Origin: an uncultured delta proteobacterium
Lineage (GTDB): Bacteria > Myxococcota_A > Polyangia > Polyangiales > Polyangiaceae
Assembly (NCBI GenBank): GCA_963841435.1
Contig: CAWJCS010000006.1
Location: forward strand, 864,001 to 928,000
DNA: 64,000 nucleotides
Direction: 5' to 3'
Position numbers and translations under genes: made by a program. The notes under the pieces are model-generated. The model did no database searches, was not told where the DNA came from, and saw nothing but the letters and a program-made list of their open reading frames with translations. Below, piece by piece: positions 10,492 to 20,035 of this stretch (position 1 is its first letter; each line of letters begins with the position of its first letter).

Positions 10492-12252
10492 CTACTTGCC
10501 CACGAACGTCGTGACGGTCGTAGCGCCCAGCGTAGCAGTGAAGCTTCCGTTGCTCACCGGCAAGGCGGTCTTGGAGACGAGGTTGTCGCTTGCCGACGTT
10601 ACCCACGGCGTCATCGAGGCAGGCGCGGTGCCGCCAGCGATGGTGATCGGCACGCTGGCTTCGGCCTTGCCCCGGTTGATGGCAACGACCGCGACCGTGC
10701 CGTCCGGGCCCTTGTAAGCCGAGAGCAGCACGTCGGTCGGGATGGCGCCCGTGACCCCCACCCGCGTGTATCCCGGCCGAACGAACTTGCTGTAGTTGCC
10801 GAACGTGTAGTGGCGCTTGGTGTCGGTCGAGCCCAGCATCAAACCCTCGTTGTCGCCGGAGGTCGAGTACCACCAGTAAAGCCAGGCCGACGCGTCACCG
10901 ATCGCGAGCGCGGAGTGAATCCACCCTGCGACCGCAACACCGTTGTTGATGTCGCTGCTCGGTCCCTGCTCCGGCCACCACTTCACGCCTGACATTTCGG
11001 TCTGCCAGATCTCCTTCCGAGCGGCCGTGACGTTGCTCGGCCAGGGAAACGCTTGCTGCGAGTCGTACTCGTGCGTCCCGATGATGTCCAACGCGGCCCA
11101 CGCCGTCGCGTCGTTGGCCAGGTAATGTCCGTAGTCGTAACCCTCGCCCGTGTCGCAAGCCGGGTTGCTCGGCGGGAAGCCACACTTCAGTGGGTCGGAG
11201 CTGTTCTTGCCACCTGGATCGGGCCCGGCGGAGACGTTGGACCAGAGGTGGTTCCACTCCGAGGTTTCCGGCGCGATGAGCTTCACTCCCGCCTGCTTCA
11301 GCATCGGCCCCACGACCTTGATGAAGGCCACGAGCTCGTTGGCCGTGTAGAGCATCGTCGCGTAGTTGCCGTTGCACGGGTCGGCGCTGCCGCACGACGC
11401 GAACTCGGGCTCGTTCACCGCCGACATCGCGTAGAGCCCATTGTTCTTCGCGAAGTTGGTGATGGTCGTCGCCCACGAGGTGTAACAGCTCGTGTTCAGG
11501 TGTCCGCCGTTGTTTTCGCTGTTGTTGCTCTTGCAATTGGCAGGAGCGCTCCAGCACGATCCGATGACCTTCGTACCGCTGATCCCCTTCACCATCGCCA
11601 TGTCGGCCGTCATGACGCTGGCCTGGAGGGCACCGCTCGAGTTCATGCCGACACGCAGGATGGTCAGGCCGATATCCTTGGTCGCATCGAACAAGCTCGC
11701 CGGCAGGGCGGTCGAGGCATACGTGTCGTTGATACCGAACCCCTCGATCAGCTGATGGGCTTCAGCGAGCTGGACGGTCACGGGGCCAGTCCCGGGATCT
11801 GTACCGGCACCACCCGCCATGCCCGCGTCGCCGCCGCTCCCGCCGCCCGCCATGCCCGCGCCGCCGCCGCTCTCGCCGCCGGCCATGCCCGCGCCGCCCA
11901 TGCCCGCAACCGGCATGCCACCCATGCCTGCGGTGACCATGCCCCCCGAACCACCCAGCGCGTCGCCGCCCGTGCCGGCAGTCGAGCCTCCGGTACCGCC
12001 CCCGCCGCCACCCATCCCGGCATCGAGGCTTCCGCCCGTGGCTCCGCTCGACGTGCCACCAGCTGGCCCACCAGCCTGGCCGCCCCCGCCCGTGCCGCTG
12101 CCCCCCGCCTGGCCCGCCGAAGGGCTGCTGCCCGAGCTGCCGCCCGTGCCGCTGCCCGCGCCTCCTTGGTTGTTCGGTGGCGTTGGGCTGTTCTGGCCGC
12201 AAGCCACGAGGGCGAGCGCGAGCATCGTGTTGGCGATCGATTTCAGGTTCAT
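10492..12252 (-). CDS. glycoside hydrolase family 30 lipoprotein (xylanase-like) with Gly-rich linker
   Basis: Lipobox LVAC, 'QLIEGFG', 'IGLTILRV', 'WSAPA', acid/base NEP, nucleophile 'IWQTE', 'NYSKFVRPGYTRV', C-terminal beta-sandwich. Confidence 0.88.
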   Translation of the reverse strand: MNLKSIANTMLALALVACGQNSPTPPNNQGGAGSGTGGSSGSSPSAGQAGGSGTGGGGQAGGPAGGTSSGATGGSLDAGMGGGGGGTGGSTAGTGGDALGGSGGMVTAGMGGMPVAGMGGAGMAGGESGGGAGMAGGGSGGDAGMAGGAGTDPGTGPVTVQLAEAHQLIEGFGINDTYASTALPASLFDATKDIGLTILRVGMNSSGALQASVMTADMAMVKGISGTKVIGSCWSAPANCKSNNSENNGGHLNTSCYTSWATTITNFAKNNGLYAMSAVNEPEFASCGSADPCNGNYATMLYTANELVAFIKVVGPMLKQAGVKLIAPETSEWNHLWSNVSAGPDPGGKNSSDPLKCGFPPSNPACDTGEGYDYGHYLANDATAWAALDIIGTHEYDSQQAFPWPSNVTAARKEIWQTEMSGVKWWPEQGPSSDINNGVAVAGWIHSALAIGDASAWLYWWYSTSGDNEGLMLGSTDTKRHYTFGNYSKFVRPGYTRVGVTGAIPTDVLLSAYKGPDGTVAVVAINRGKAEASVPITIAGGTAPASMTPWVTSASDNLVSKTALPVSNGSFTATLGATTVTTFVGK

Positions 12253-12501
12253 GGCGTCAAACCTCGGCTTGATGGCACCGCACTGCTCGAGAAAGAACAG
12301 CCGTTTCAGGAATTGGACCGCCGCTCCAGGGTTCGCTAGCAGCAGTAAATGATGCCCGTGCCGCCGCCGTAGGCTCAGAAAAAGGGGCCTCGCCGGCCAT
12401 TCGCGAGCCGGCGCGCGCGGCACTTCGGCCTCGACGACACCTGCTCACGTTCGGCAGTCGATTTCCCGCCACGTATAACCCCGGGCGGACAGTAGCTCAA
12501 G

Positions 12502-14589
12502 ATGACGCTCACACGTCGCGCCCGGGGGGCTTCGACGATGGTTTTCGTCGGTTTGGCCGCGCTTTTCTCGCTGGCCTGCGGGGGCTCATCGAGCACCTCT
12601 CGCACCCACCCCGGGGGGGTGCAGTCGGGGGGAGCACGGCCACCGGCGGCGCGGGTGGGAAGCCGATGGGCGGCGGCAGTGGCTTCGCAGCCGGCGGCAT
12701 TGACGGTGCGGGCGAAGGCGGGATGGCGGAGAGCTGGGGGGGGTAACCGGGGGGGTGCAGGCAGTGGAGGCTCCCCTCCCTTGAGCACCGGGGGAGTCAA
12801 GCCGAGGCTCCTCACCCGAGCCGAGTACCTCGCGTCGCTGCAGAGCCTGTTCGGTACCGTGACGACGCCGCTCGACCTCCCGCCGGACACCTCCGTCGCG
12901 GGGTTCGTCTCCGTGGGCGCGGCGCTCACCACGGTCAATGCGACCGCCGCCGACCAGTACGAAACCGTGAGCCGCGCCGTCGTGGCCGAGGTGTTCGGGG
13001 ACATGGCGCGTTATCAGGCGCTCGTCGGCTGCCAGCCGCAGGCGGACCTGAGCGACGCCTGCGTCGAGACGTTCGCCCGAGCCTTCGGCGGGCGAGCCTA
13101 CCGGCGGGACCTCACGGACAAGGAGCTCGCTCGATGGGTAGGGGTCGCACGCGGTGCGGCCGCGTTGGCGGACGACCCCGTGCAAGGGCTCTCGACGATG
13201 GTCTCGGGCATCCTGCAATCGCCGAACTTCCTCTACCGTTTCGAAACCAACGCGTTCAATCCGGCGAACGGACGACTCAAGTACGACGGCCCGTCCATGG
13301 CCGTTCGTCTCGCCTACTTTCTCACGGGAGGGCCCCCGAGCGCGGAGCTCGTGGCGGCCGGCGAGTCCGGCCGGTTTGACACGGCCGACGGCGTGCGCAC
13401 GGCGTCCGCCTCGATGCTCGGCAATCCGGCCCTCGTCGGTCAGCTGCTCTCGTTCTTCTCCGAGTACACGCAGGTGGAGCTCGTGACGGTGGTCAACAAG
13501 AGCGCCGCGCTGTTCCCCGAATTCAGCGACAGCTTGCGAAGCTCCATGCGGGAGAGCACGCGGCTCTTCCTCGAGAACGTGGTCCTCGCCCCGGGCGCCG
13601 ACGTGCGCTCGTTCTTCGACAGTGATCAATTCTTCGTCAACGCCGAGCTCGCCCCCCTCTACGGGGTGACCTCGCCGGCCTCGGGCTTCGCAAAGCTCAC
13701 GCTCGAGCCTGCTTCGGGCCGCGCCGGCATCCACTACATCGGCCTCAACATGGGCACGGTGAGCGAGAACCTCGCGCACCGCGGCCCCTACGATTTTCTG
13801 CCGCCCGAGCGCGACCCGACCCGGCTCTTTAACGCCCTATTCGGGACGGGGGCGCCCGGCGCGCCTGCCGACATCTCGGGCGCGCTCCGCCGGAGCGTGC
13901 TCGACGCGGTGTTGGACGAGGCGAACAACGTCAAGGCGACGCTCGGGACCGTGGACGCCCGGCGCATCGAAGAGCACATGGAGAGCATCCGCGCCATCGA
14001 GCTGCGGATCCCGGACACCATGGTCGATGGGGGCGCCCCCGGAGGCTGTCATGCTCCCGACGCGCCACCGGTGACGCTCGCCGACATGACGGCGAAGAGC
14101 CAGGCGATGAACCGACTGATCACCGCAGCCGTCGCGTGCAACCTAACCCGGGTCTACACCCACCTCTGGTCCGGCGCTCGAGACGACAACCAGTACCCGA
14201 CGATCCCGGTCAATGCGGAGCACCACAGCCTTACGCACGAGGCCAAAGTTGCGGAGCATTCCAAGATCGAGCACTACATCATGAGCCAGTACGCCGATCT
14301 CGCGCGGGTGATGAAGGAGACGCCCATGGGTGCGGGTAGCGTGCTCGACAACACGCTCATCTACGGAGTGAGCGAGGTCGCGGAGCCGAACAGCCACGTC
14401 ATGAGGGACTTTCGCATCGTGCTGATGGGTCACGCGGGCGGAAAGCTCCCCGGCAATCGGCACCTGCCGCTCGACGGGCGCAAGGTCACGGAGCTCATGC
14501 TCACGATGCAACAGGTCATGGGGCTCCCGGTCAACACCTTCGGAAGCTGGGACAAGACGAGCAAGACCATGCCCGAAATCCTGGCCTGA
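12502..14589 (+). pseudogene. in-frame chimera of a DUF1587/1595/1592-type protein (N-part) and a DUF1552-type protein (C-part)
   Basis: 'RLLTRAEYLASLQSLFG', 'RAYRRDLT', 'LQSPNFLYRFE', '...GRAGI' followed at ~13730 by 'ERDPTRLFNALFG', 'RRSVLDAV', 'EHHSLTH', 'SVLDNTLI'. Confidence 0.75.
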
Positions 14590-14638
14590 TGAGGTTAGAG
14601 CGGGTCTTGCCTCGCCCTCGGAACGGCGAAGCGGCGGT

Positions 14639-15040
14639 GTGGCCGTGAGGCCGGGTTGCGTTCGCGAGGTGGTGCTCGCCCTGGCGCTCCTCGCGTGCAG
14701 CGGTCGCACGACCCAGAAGGGCGCGGGCAGCGGCGGAAGGGGTGGCGCCGGCAGCGGGGGAGCCGGCGGCAGCGGCGCGACGGGCGGAGTTGGCGCCAGC
14801 GGGGGCGTCGCCGCCGGCGGCTCGAGTGGAAGCAGCGGCACAGGGGGCGCTGCCGGCACCGTTTCGCTGGGCGGCGGCGCGGGTGTCTCGGGCTTCGGCA
14901 GCGGCGGCGTCGAGCCCCTCGGAGGCAGCGCGGGTGTGAGCGGCGGCTCCGCCGGAATGCCCGGCATCAACGACGACGACGCCGCCGTGTGCCCCTAGTA
15001 CACCGCCGGCACCTGGTGATAGCGGAGACGGCGGTGCACC
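14639..15040 (+). pseudogene. Gly-rich lipoprotein, truncated/frameshifted
   Basis: Lipobox LLAC and Gly linker, then a stop at 14996 after 'VCP'; a shifted frame continues 'PSTPPAPGDS'. Confidence 0.55.
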
Positions 15041-15400
15041 TCGAAGAGCGCGTGCTGCCGGCCGTGCCCGTGCGCCATTGGATCTGCTCTCCGCCCTGGG
15101 GACTACGGGCACTGCTCGGCTACGACGGCGAGCTGTGCGCCGTTGAGCAGGGGGATCGAGATGATGAGCGCGAGTCTTCATCGAGTCCGCTCACCGCATA
15201 AGAATGTGGCCACGCGCAACGAGCGCAGGAAAATGCGACGTGAAACGGCCGGCAGATTCGGACAAGATCGCCCATCCATGGGTCAACCGGCCCATTGTCG
15301 GTGCGTGATCGCGCGAGCACAATCGACTTGCCGCTCGAAGTGAGCTCGCGATGACGTCGTTCCGGCGACTCACTCGATGACGGCGAGGAGCAGAGCGCCG

Positions 15401-16651
15401 ATGACTTCGCGAACTCGTCCCTTTCTCTACGCATCGCTCGTCAGCCTGACCGTGCCCCTCGTTGCCTGTAGCGGCTCGGAGCCAGCGGCCGAAAGCAACG
15501 GCTCGGGGACGGGCGGATCGGTCGGCGGCGCGGTGGGGAGCGGCGGCGCGGGCGGCAGCGCGACGGGCGGAACCGTCACCGGCGGAACGAGCGACGCCGG
15601 CTCGACTGGGGTCGCCGGCGGCACGGCCGCCGCGGGTGGGACGGGCGGCGCATCGGCTGGAGGCAGCGGCGCCGGGGGTCAGTCGGGCTCGAGCGCATCG
15701 GGCGCGGGCGGCAGCGGCGCAGCCGGTGCCGGCGCGGGTTCGGCCGGAATGGCTGCGTCGGGCGGCATCGGCGCGGGCGGCGCCGGCGCGGGTTCGGCCG
15801 GAATGGCTGCGTCGGGCGGCGTCGGCGCGGGCGGCGCCGGCGCGAGCGGAGGCGAGAGTGGCTCGGCCACCGGCGGCACCACGGCGGCAGGAGGGGCCGG
15901 CGGCAACTCCCCCGGCTGCGGCTCCGCAAACACGACCTCGCCATGCGGCACGAAGGGAACCACGTGCAGCCTCGACATCGAGGGCACGATGCGGACCTAC
16001 TACGTCCAGCTGCCGCAGGGCTACGACGCGTCCACCCCGTATCGGTTGATCTTCCAGTTCCACCCGTGGGGTGGCTCGGCCGACCAAGCGCTCACCATGT
16101 ACCAGCTGAACTCGAAGATACCCGACGCGATCTACGTCACGCCACAGGGTCTCGACGCCGGCGGCAACGGGCCCGGTTGGGCCAATACCAACGGCGTCAA
16201 CATCGAGTTCACCAAAGCGATGCTCGCCGACGTCCAGGGCAAGTATTGCGTGGACAACTCGCGCATCTTCTCCGTCGGCTTCAGCTACGGCGGCATGATG
16301 AGCTTCGCGGTCGCGTGCGAGATGAGCGACGTTTTCCGCGCCATCGCACCGATGTCAGGCGCGCTCTACAGCGACCCGAGCTGCAAGGGCACGGGCCCCC
16401 ACATCGCCATGTGGGGCTCCCACGGCACGAGCGACACCGTCGTCCCGATCGACAACGGCCGCGCCGGTCGCGACAAGGTGCTGCAACAGAACCACTGTGG
16501 AACCACAACGACTCCCGTCGATCCGAGCCCCTGCGTGAAGTACGAAGGCTGCGACCCGGGCTACGACGTGACCTGGTGCGAATGGGACGGCCCGCACGGG
16601 ATCCCGAACTTCGGCAACGCCGCCATCGCGGACTTCTTCAAGCAGTTCTAG
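15401..16651 (+). CDS. lipoprotein esterase (CE1/feruloyl esterase-like) with Gly-rich linker
   Basis: RBS GAGGAG, lipobox LVAC, 'YRLIFQFHPWGG', GFSYGG, 'HGTSDTVVP', 'WCEWDGPH', 'FFKQF'. Confidence 0.88.
   Translation: MTSRTRPFLYASLVSLTVPLVACSGSEPAAESNGSGTGGSVGGAVGSGGAGGSATGGTVTGGTSDAGSTGVAGGTAAAGGTGGASAGGSGAGGQSGSSASGAGGSGAAGAGAGSAGMAASGGIGAGGAGAGSAGMAASGGVGAGGAGASGGESGSATGGTTAAGGAGGNSPGCGSANTTSPCGTKGTTCSLDIEGTMRTYYVQLPQGYDASTPYRLIFQFHPWGGSADQALTMYQLNSKIPDAIYVTPQGLDAGGNGPGWANTNGVNIEFTKAMLADVQGKYCVDNSRIFSVGFSYGGMMSFAVACEMSDVFRAIAPMSGALYSDPSCKGTGPHIAMWGSHGTSDTVVPIDNGRAGRDKVLQQNHCGTTTTPVDPSPCVKYEGCDPGYDVTWCEWDGPHGIPNFGNAAIADFFKQF
15728..15844 (+). repeat. 54-bp tandem duplication within linker
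   Basis: Two near-identical copies encoding AGAGSAGMAASGG(I/V)GAGG, starting at 15731 and 15785. Confidence 0.85.
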
Positions 16652-16702
16652 CTTCGAACCGCCGGCTGCTACCTGTCCTAGCTACCTCGGCGGTCCGTGT
16701 GA

Positions 16703-17433
16703 TCACGCGGCCGGACGGTGCTCATCATGAAGCCCGCCGAGCACCGGGAATGAGACGACACGGCCCGCACCGACGGGTACGGACGCTCTAGCCGGGATGC
16801 GTTGACCCAGACCCTGATGCGGACGGACGTTGTTGAAGTAGCGAATGTACTCCGCAAGCACGGTATGCAGATGCCGCTCGCTCAAGATGATCACATGGTC
16901 CAGGCACTCGCGACGCAGATCGTGCGCTTCGCGACGTGGATCCCGAGCTTCAAAAGCTCGCCTCGAATGCGCTCCGCGCCCCAGAGCCGATTCTCGGCTG
17001 CCATGCGCCTGATGAGTTCGACGGTATCGCGCGAGACGCGCGGCTGCGGGCGCGGCTGCTTGGGGCGCGATCTCCGTCGCCAGAACAGCTGGAAGGCGCG
17101 CCGATGCCAGCGCAAGATCGTGTCGGGCTTCACGAGCAGGATCGCCTCGCGCCAAGATCCTGTCATCGCGCTCGCGCCGAGGAGCACAGCCCGGTCGACG
17201 GCGGTGAACTTCGGGCGCTGGATCTGCCGCTTCAGGACCAGGAGTTGCTGGCGCAGAAGCAGGTTTTCGGCAATCAGAGAACCGCGCGGTAGGGCGAGAT
17301 CGACGACCAAGCCGAGGGCCGGCGCCATGGGCCGAGAAGCCTCTCGAATGAGCGCACCCAAGGGTCGGAGCCCGCGACCGACGACGTTCACGAGACTGCT
17401 GGCCGCGCTCTTCAGCACCGGCCGTTCATGCAC
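16703..17433 (-). mobile_element. internally deleted integrase-core (rve) transposase remnant
   Basis: N-part 'LIAENLLLRQQL...VKPDTILRWHR...AENRLWGAERIRGELLKLG' joined out of frame at ~16917 to C-part 'RRECLDH...YFNNVRPHQGLGQ...PVLGGLH'; catalytic middle missing. Confidence 0.85.
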
Positions 17434-17505
17434 CGGAACCTTCGGCGGCGGACCGAGAAGTAGCCAACACGGGCGGGGCCGGTCTGGATGCGCTAGCCTT
17501 CCCGC

Positions 17506-17742
17506 ATGGCCGCCCTGCGAGGTCATGTCCAGAACGGTCGCGTCGTCGTCGACGAGCCCGTCGATCTGCCGGACGGGACGGCGCTCGAGGTGGACCTCCG
17601 CCCCGCCGACGGAGACGACGGCATCCCTCCCGAGGAGCGGAAGCAGGTGCTCCAGGCGATCGACGAAGGGCTCGCGGCCGCGCACCGCGGTGAACACGTG
17701 GACGCAGAAGAGTTCGTGAACGAGCTCCTCGCGGAGCCGTGA
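17506..17742 (+). CDS. small antitoxin-like protein
   Basis: 'LRGHVQNGRVVVDEPVDLPDGT' plus C-terminal 'AIDEGLAAAHRGEHVDAEEFVNEL', typical of type II antitoxins. Confidence 0.6.
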   Translation: MAALRGHVQNGRVVVDEPVDLPDGTALEVDLRPADGDDGIPPEERKQVLQAIDEGLAAAHRGEHVDAEEFVNELLAEP

Positions 17743-17981
17743 GGACCCGCCTCGCCGAGCCCGCCCACACGGGCCCGATGTCGGTACGCGTCTTCGGCAT
17801 GCACTTCCACTTGGTTGCGGGGCCGCATAAGGCGGGAAGCTAGTGGCGTGCGCGCGTGGCCGCCGTCGAGTGTGCGGGAGCCCGCACATATACCGTATAC
17901 ATATCGCGTATTTGTGCCGCGCATGCATTCACTGAATGCATCTTGCTGGAAAAGCCTTCAGTGAAGGCACATACTTCAGGC

Positions 17982-18200
17982 ATGTCCGCGGAGCACCCCG
18001 CCGTGAAACTCAGCGTGGAGATCGACCGGGAAGAAGATGGTCGATGGATCGCGGAGGTGCGTGAGATACCTGGCGCCCTGGCGTACGGCGACACGCGCGA
18101 GGAGGCAATCCGCCGCGCGAAAGCGGCGGCTTTCTCCGTTCTCGAGGATCGCTCACTTCGCGAAGATATCGACGGCGTTGAATTCGTCGCCTGCGCGTGA
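17982..18200 (+). CDS. hicB: HicB-family antitoxin (short form)
   Basis: 'IDREEDGRWIAEVREIPGALAYGDTREEAIRRA'. Confidence 0.88.
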   Translation: MSAEHPAVKLSVEIDREEDGRWIAEVREIPGALAYGDTREEAIRRAKAAAFSVLEDRSLREDIDGVEFVACA

Positions 18201-18412
18201 GCCACTGGCCTTCGACCAAGGCTAGCCGTGTGCTCGCCGCCTTGAAGCGCATCGGTTGGGAGGTGGCGCGCTCGCGTGGCGGTTCACACGTGACACTCGT
18301 ACGGGACGGGTGGAGCGAGTACACGTGGTCGTTTCACGACGGCGTCGAGATCGGCCCCAAGATGCTTTCCAAAATCGCGAAGCATACGGGGCTCGCGCCC
18401 GAAGATCTCTGA
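18197..18412 (+). CDS. hicA: HicA-family mRNA interferase toxin
   Basis: 'VLAALKRIGWEVARSRGGSHVTL...FHDGVEIGPKMLSKIAKHTGL'; GTGA overlap with hicB. Confidence 0.9.
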   Translation: MSHWPSTKASRVLAALKRIGWEVARSRGGSHVTLVRDGWSEYTWSFHDGVEIGPKMLSKIAKHTGLAPEDL

Positions 18413-18541
18413 TGCGCACGCGGGGAAGATCGCCGCGCCCGCGGCCGTACCACGACGCGGGGCAATATCGCCCCTAGCAATAGGTGGCGCCCGCGGTGTG
18501 TCTAGCACCCGGGCGCCTGGCCACGACTGGAAGGACCAGCC

Positions 18542-19036
18542 ATGACGCACGAACCATATCCGATTCAAGATACCCTCGCGAGCGCGTGCGGGGCGAGCGC
18601 ATGCCTCGCACAAATCGCCACCCAGCTCACGGACGCGGCGAGCGCCGAGCCGTCCACACCCGAGCTCCTAAAGCACGTCGCCGCGACGATTCACGCCCAA
18701 GCGCAACGGGCGTCACTCGCGATTATGTCCTTGGCCGCGCACGCGGGGCGCCTCGAGGCGTTCGCGGTCGCGAAGGCGATTGCGGTCGCGGCGGCGCGCG
18801 CGGAGCACGCCGCCGCACGCGAGGCAATCGAAGCCGAGGCCGCAACGGACGCGCGGAACTACGTGAACGAGAGCGAGACCGCGGACGCGGCCACGTACGC
18901 GGGCGAGGCGTTCGCGGCGTGGACGGCCGACGAGGGCGGGCCCGAGGCGTTCGCGCCCTTGGGGCTCGACGAGGCGCGGGCGATCTACGTGGCCGCGTTC
19001 GTGCGCGGGGTCGGTAGCGGCGCGCGCCAGAGCTAG
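18542..19036 (+). CDS. hypothetical Ala-rich protein
   Basis: RBS AAGGA, GC3-rich codons, followed by a hairpin. Confidence 0.6.
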   Translation: MTHEPYPIQDTLASACGASACLAQIATQLTDAASAEPSTPELLKHVAATIHAQAQRASLAIMSLAAHAGRLEAFAVAKAIAVAAARAEHAAAREAIEAEAATDARNYVNESETADAATYAGEAFAAWTADEGGPEAFAPLGLDEARAIYVAAFVRGVGSGARQS

Positions 19037-19066
19037 CCGCGCCACGTGCGCGGCGCGCGCGCCATG

Positions 19067-19100
19067 GACGCCCCCGGGCCTCACGGTTTCGGGGGCGTTC
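19067..19100 (+). terminator. GC-rich hairpin after 18542-19036
   Basis: GGACGCCCCCGGGCC-TCAC-GGTTTCGGGGGCGTTC inverted repeat; no clear U-tract. Confidence 0.45.
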
Positions 19101-19188
19101 GTGCGTCTGGGGGCGCGACATTGGTACCCGTTCAGGTACCCGATGCCGCCCCGCGTGCTCCGGCCGAATCACGAATCCGCATGTTTTC

Positions 19189-19235
19189 CGGAGCGGGAGA
19201 AGGGATTCGAACCCTCAACGTCCACCTTGGCAAGG
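19189..19235 (-). repeat. att site: 47-bp exact copy of the tRNA-Gly 3' half
   Basis: CGGAGCGGGAGAAGGGATTCGAACCCTCAACGTCCACCTTGGCAAGG is identical to 34481-34527. Confidence 0.95.
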
Positions 19236-20035
19236 CGATTTCGAGCGTTTCGGTCCGTTGCTCCGCGTCACAACCGCTTGAAATATCTTAGTAACCCCAA
19301 CCGAGGCGTTTCCCGAGCGTTCCACGCGTTACGTCTTGGTGGGGAGGGGGAGGGGGGAGGGGGAGGGATTCCAACCCTTCGCGCGGCGTTTGTGAAACCT
19401 TCAACCGGTACGCGGACTTGCGAGTCAACGCCGCGGCGACATTCACGAAAATGCGTTCGGAGGGACTCTCCGCTGGTCGACGTGAGTCGACTGGAGTTGG
19501 GCAACGGGTGGGCAACGGATGGCAGTGAAGTGGGCCGCCCTACGGATGAGGTGTCTTCGTCTTCCAGCCGCCCTGACATGAAAACATCGCCGCTTGCTGG
19601 CCGTGGAGGTGCGCCTGAGCGACCGGCGGCGTGGCGCCGGCCGTCTGCCGAGCGGCGGCCGTGGCTCGTGCCGCTGACCGCCGGTACGCCGCCCAGCGAG
19701 ACCCGTGATGCTGGTATGCGGCATGACGCTCGCCCCAGGGATCGGGAGTGGGCCATCCGGCGACCCGCCGAGCTCCGGCGCGCCAGAGGCGAAGGTGCAC
19801 CTGCGGGCCACGCCGCACGAGCTCCGGCGCCCGGGCGCCGCCGCCCAGCCTCTCCCGTCCCTCTTGCAGCGACTCGAGGCGGAAGGTTCGGGAGGGCTGG
19901 AGGGTCCCCCGGGGGCTCGCTCCGCAATTTCCCCAGTTCGATTTGCCTTGGCGCAAACTCCAGAGAACGCAGCAATTCCGTTTTCATTTCGCCCCATCGA
20001 CCTGTCGCCGAGCGGGGTATAGACTGCAGGCGTCA

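Noticed and set aside
19189-19235. Second tRNA-Gly gene
   Set aside because: Only the 3' 47 nt are present; the D-arm and 5' acceptor strand are missing, so it is an att copy.
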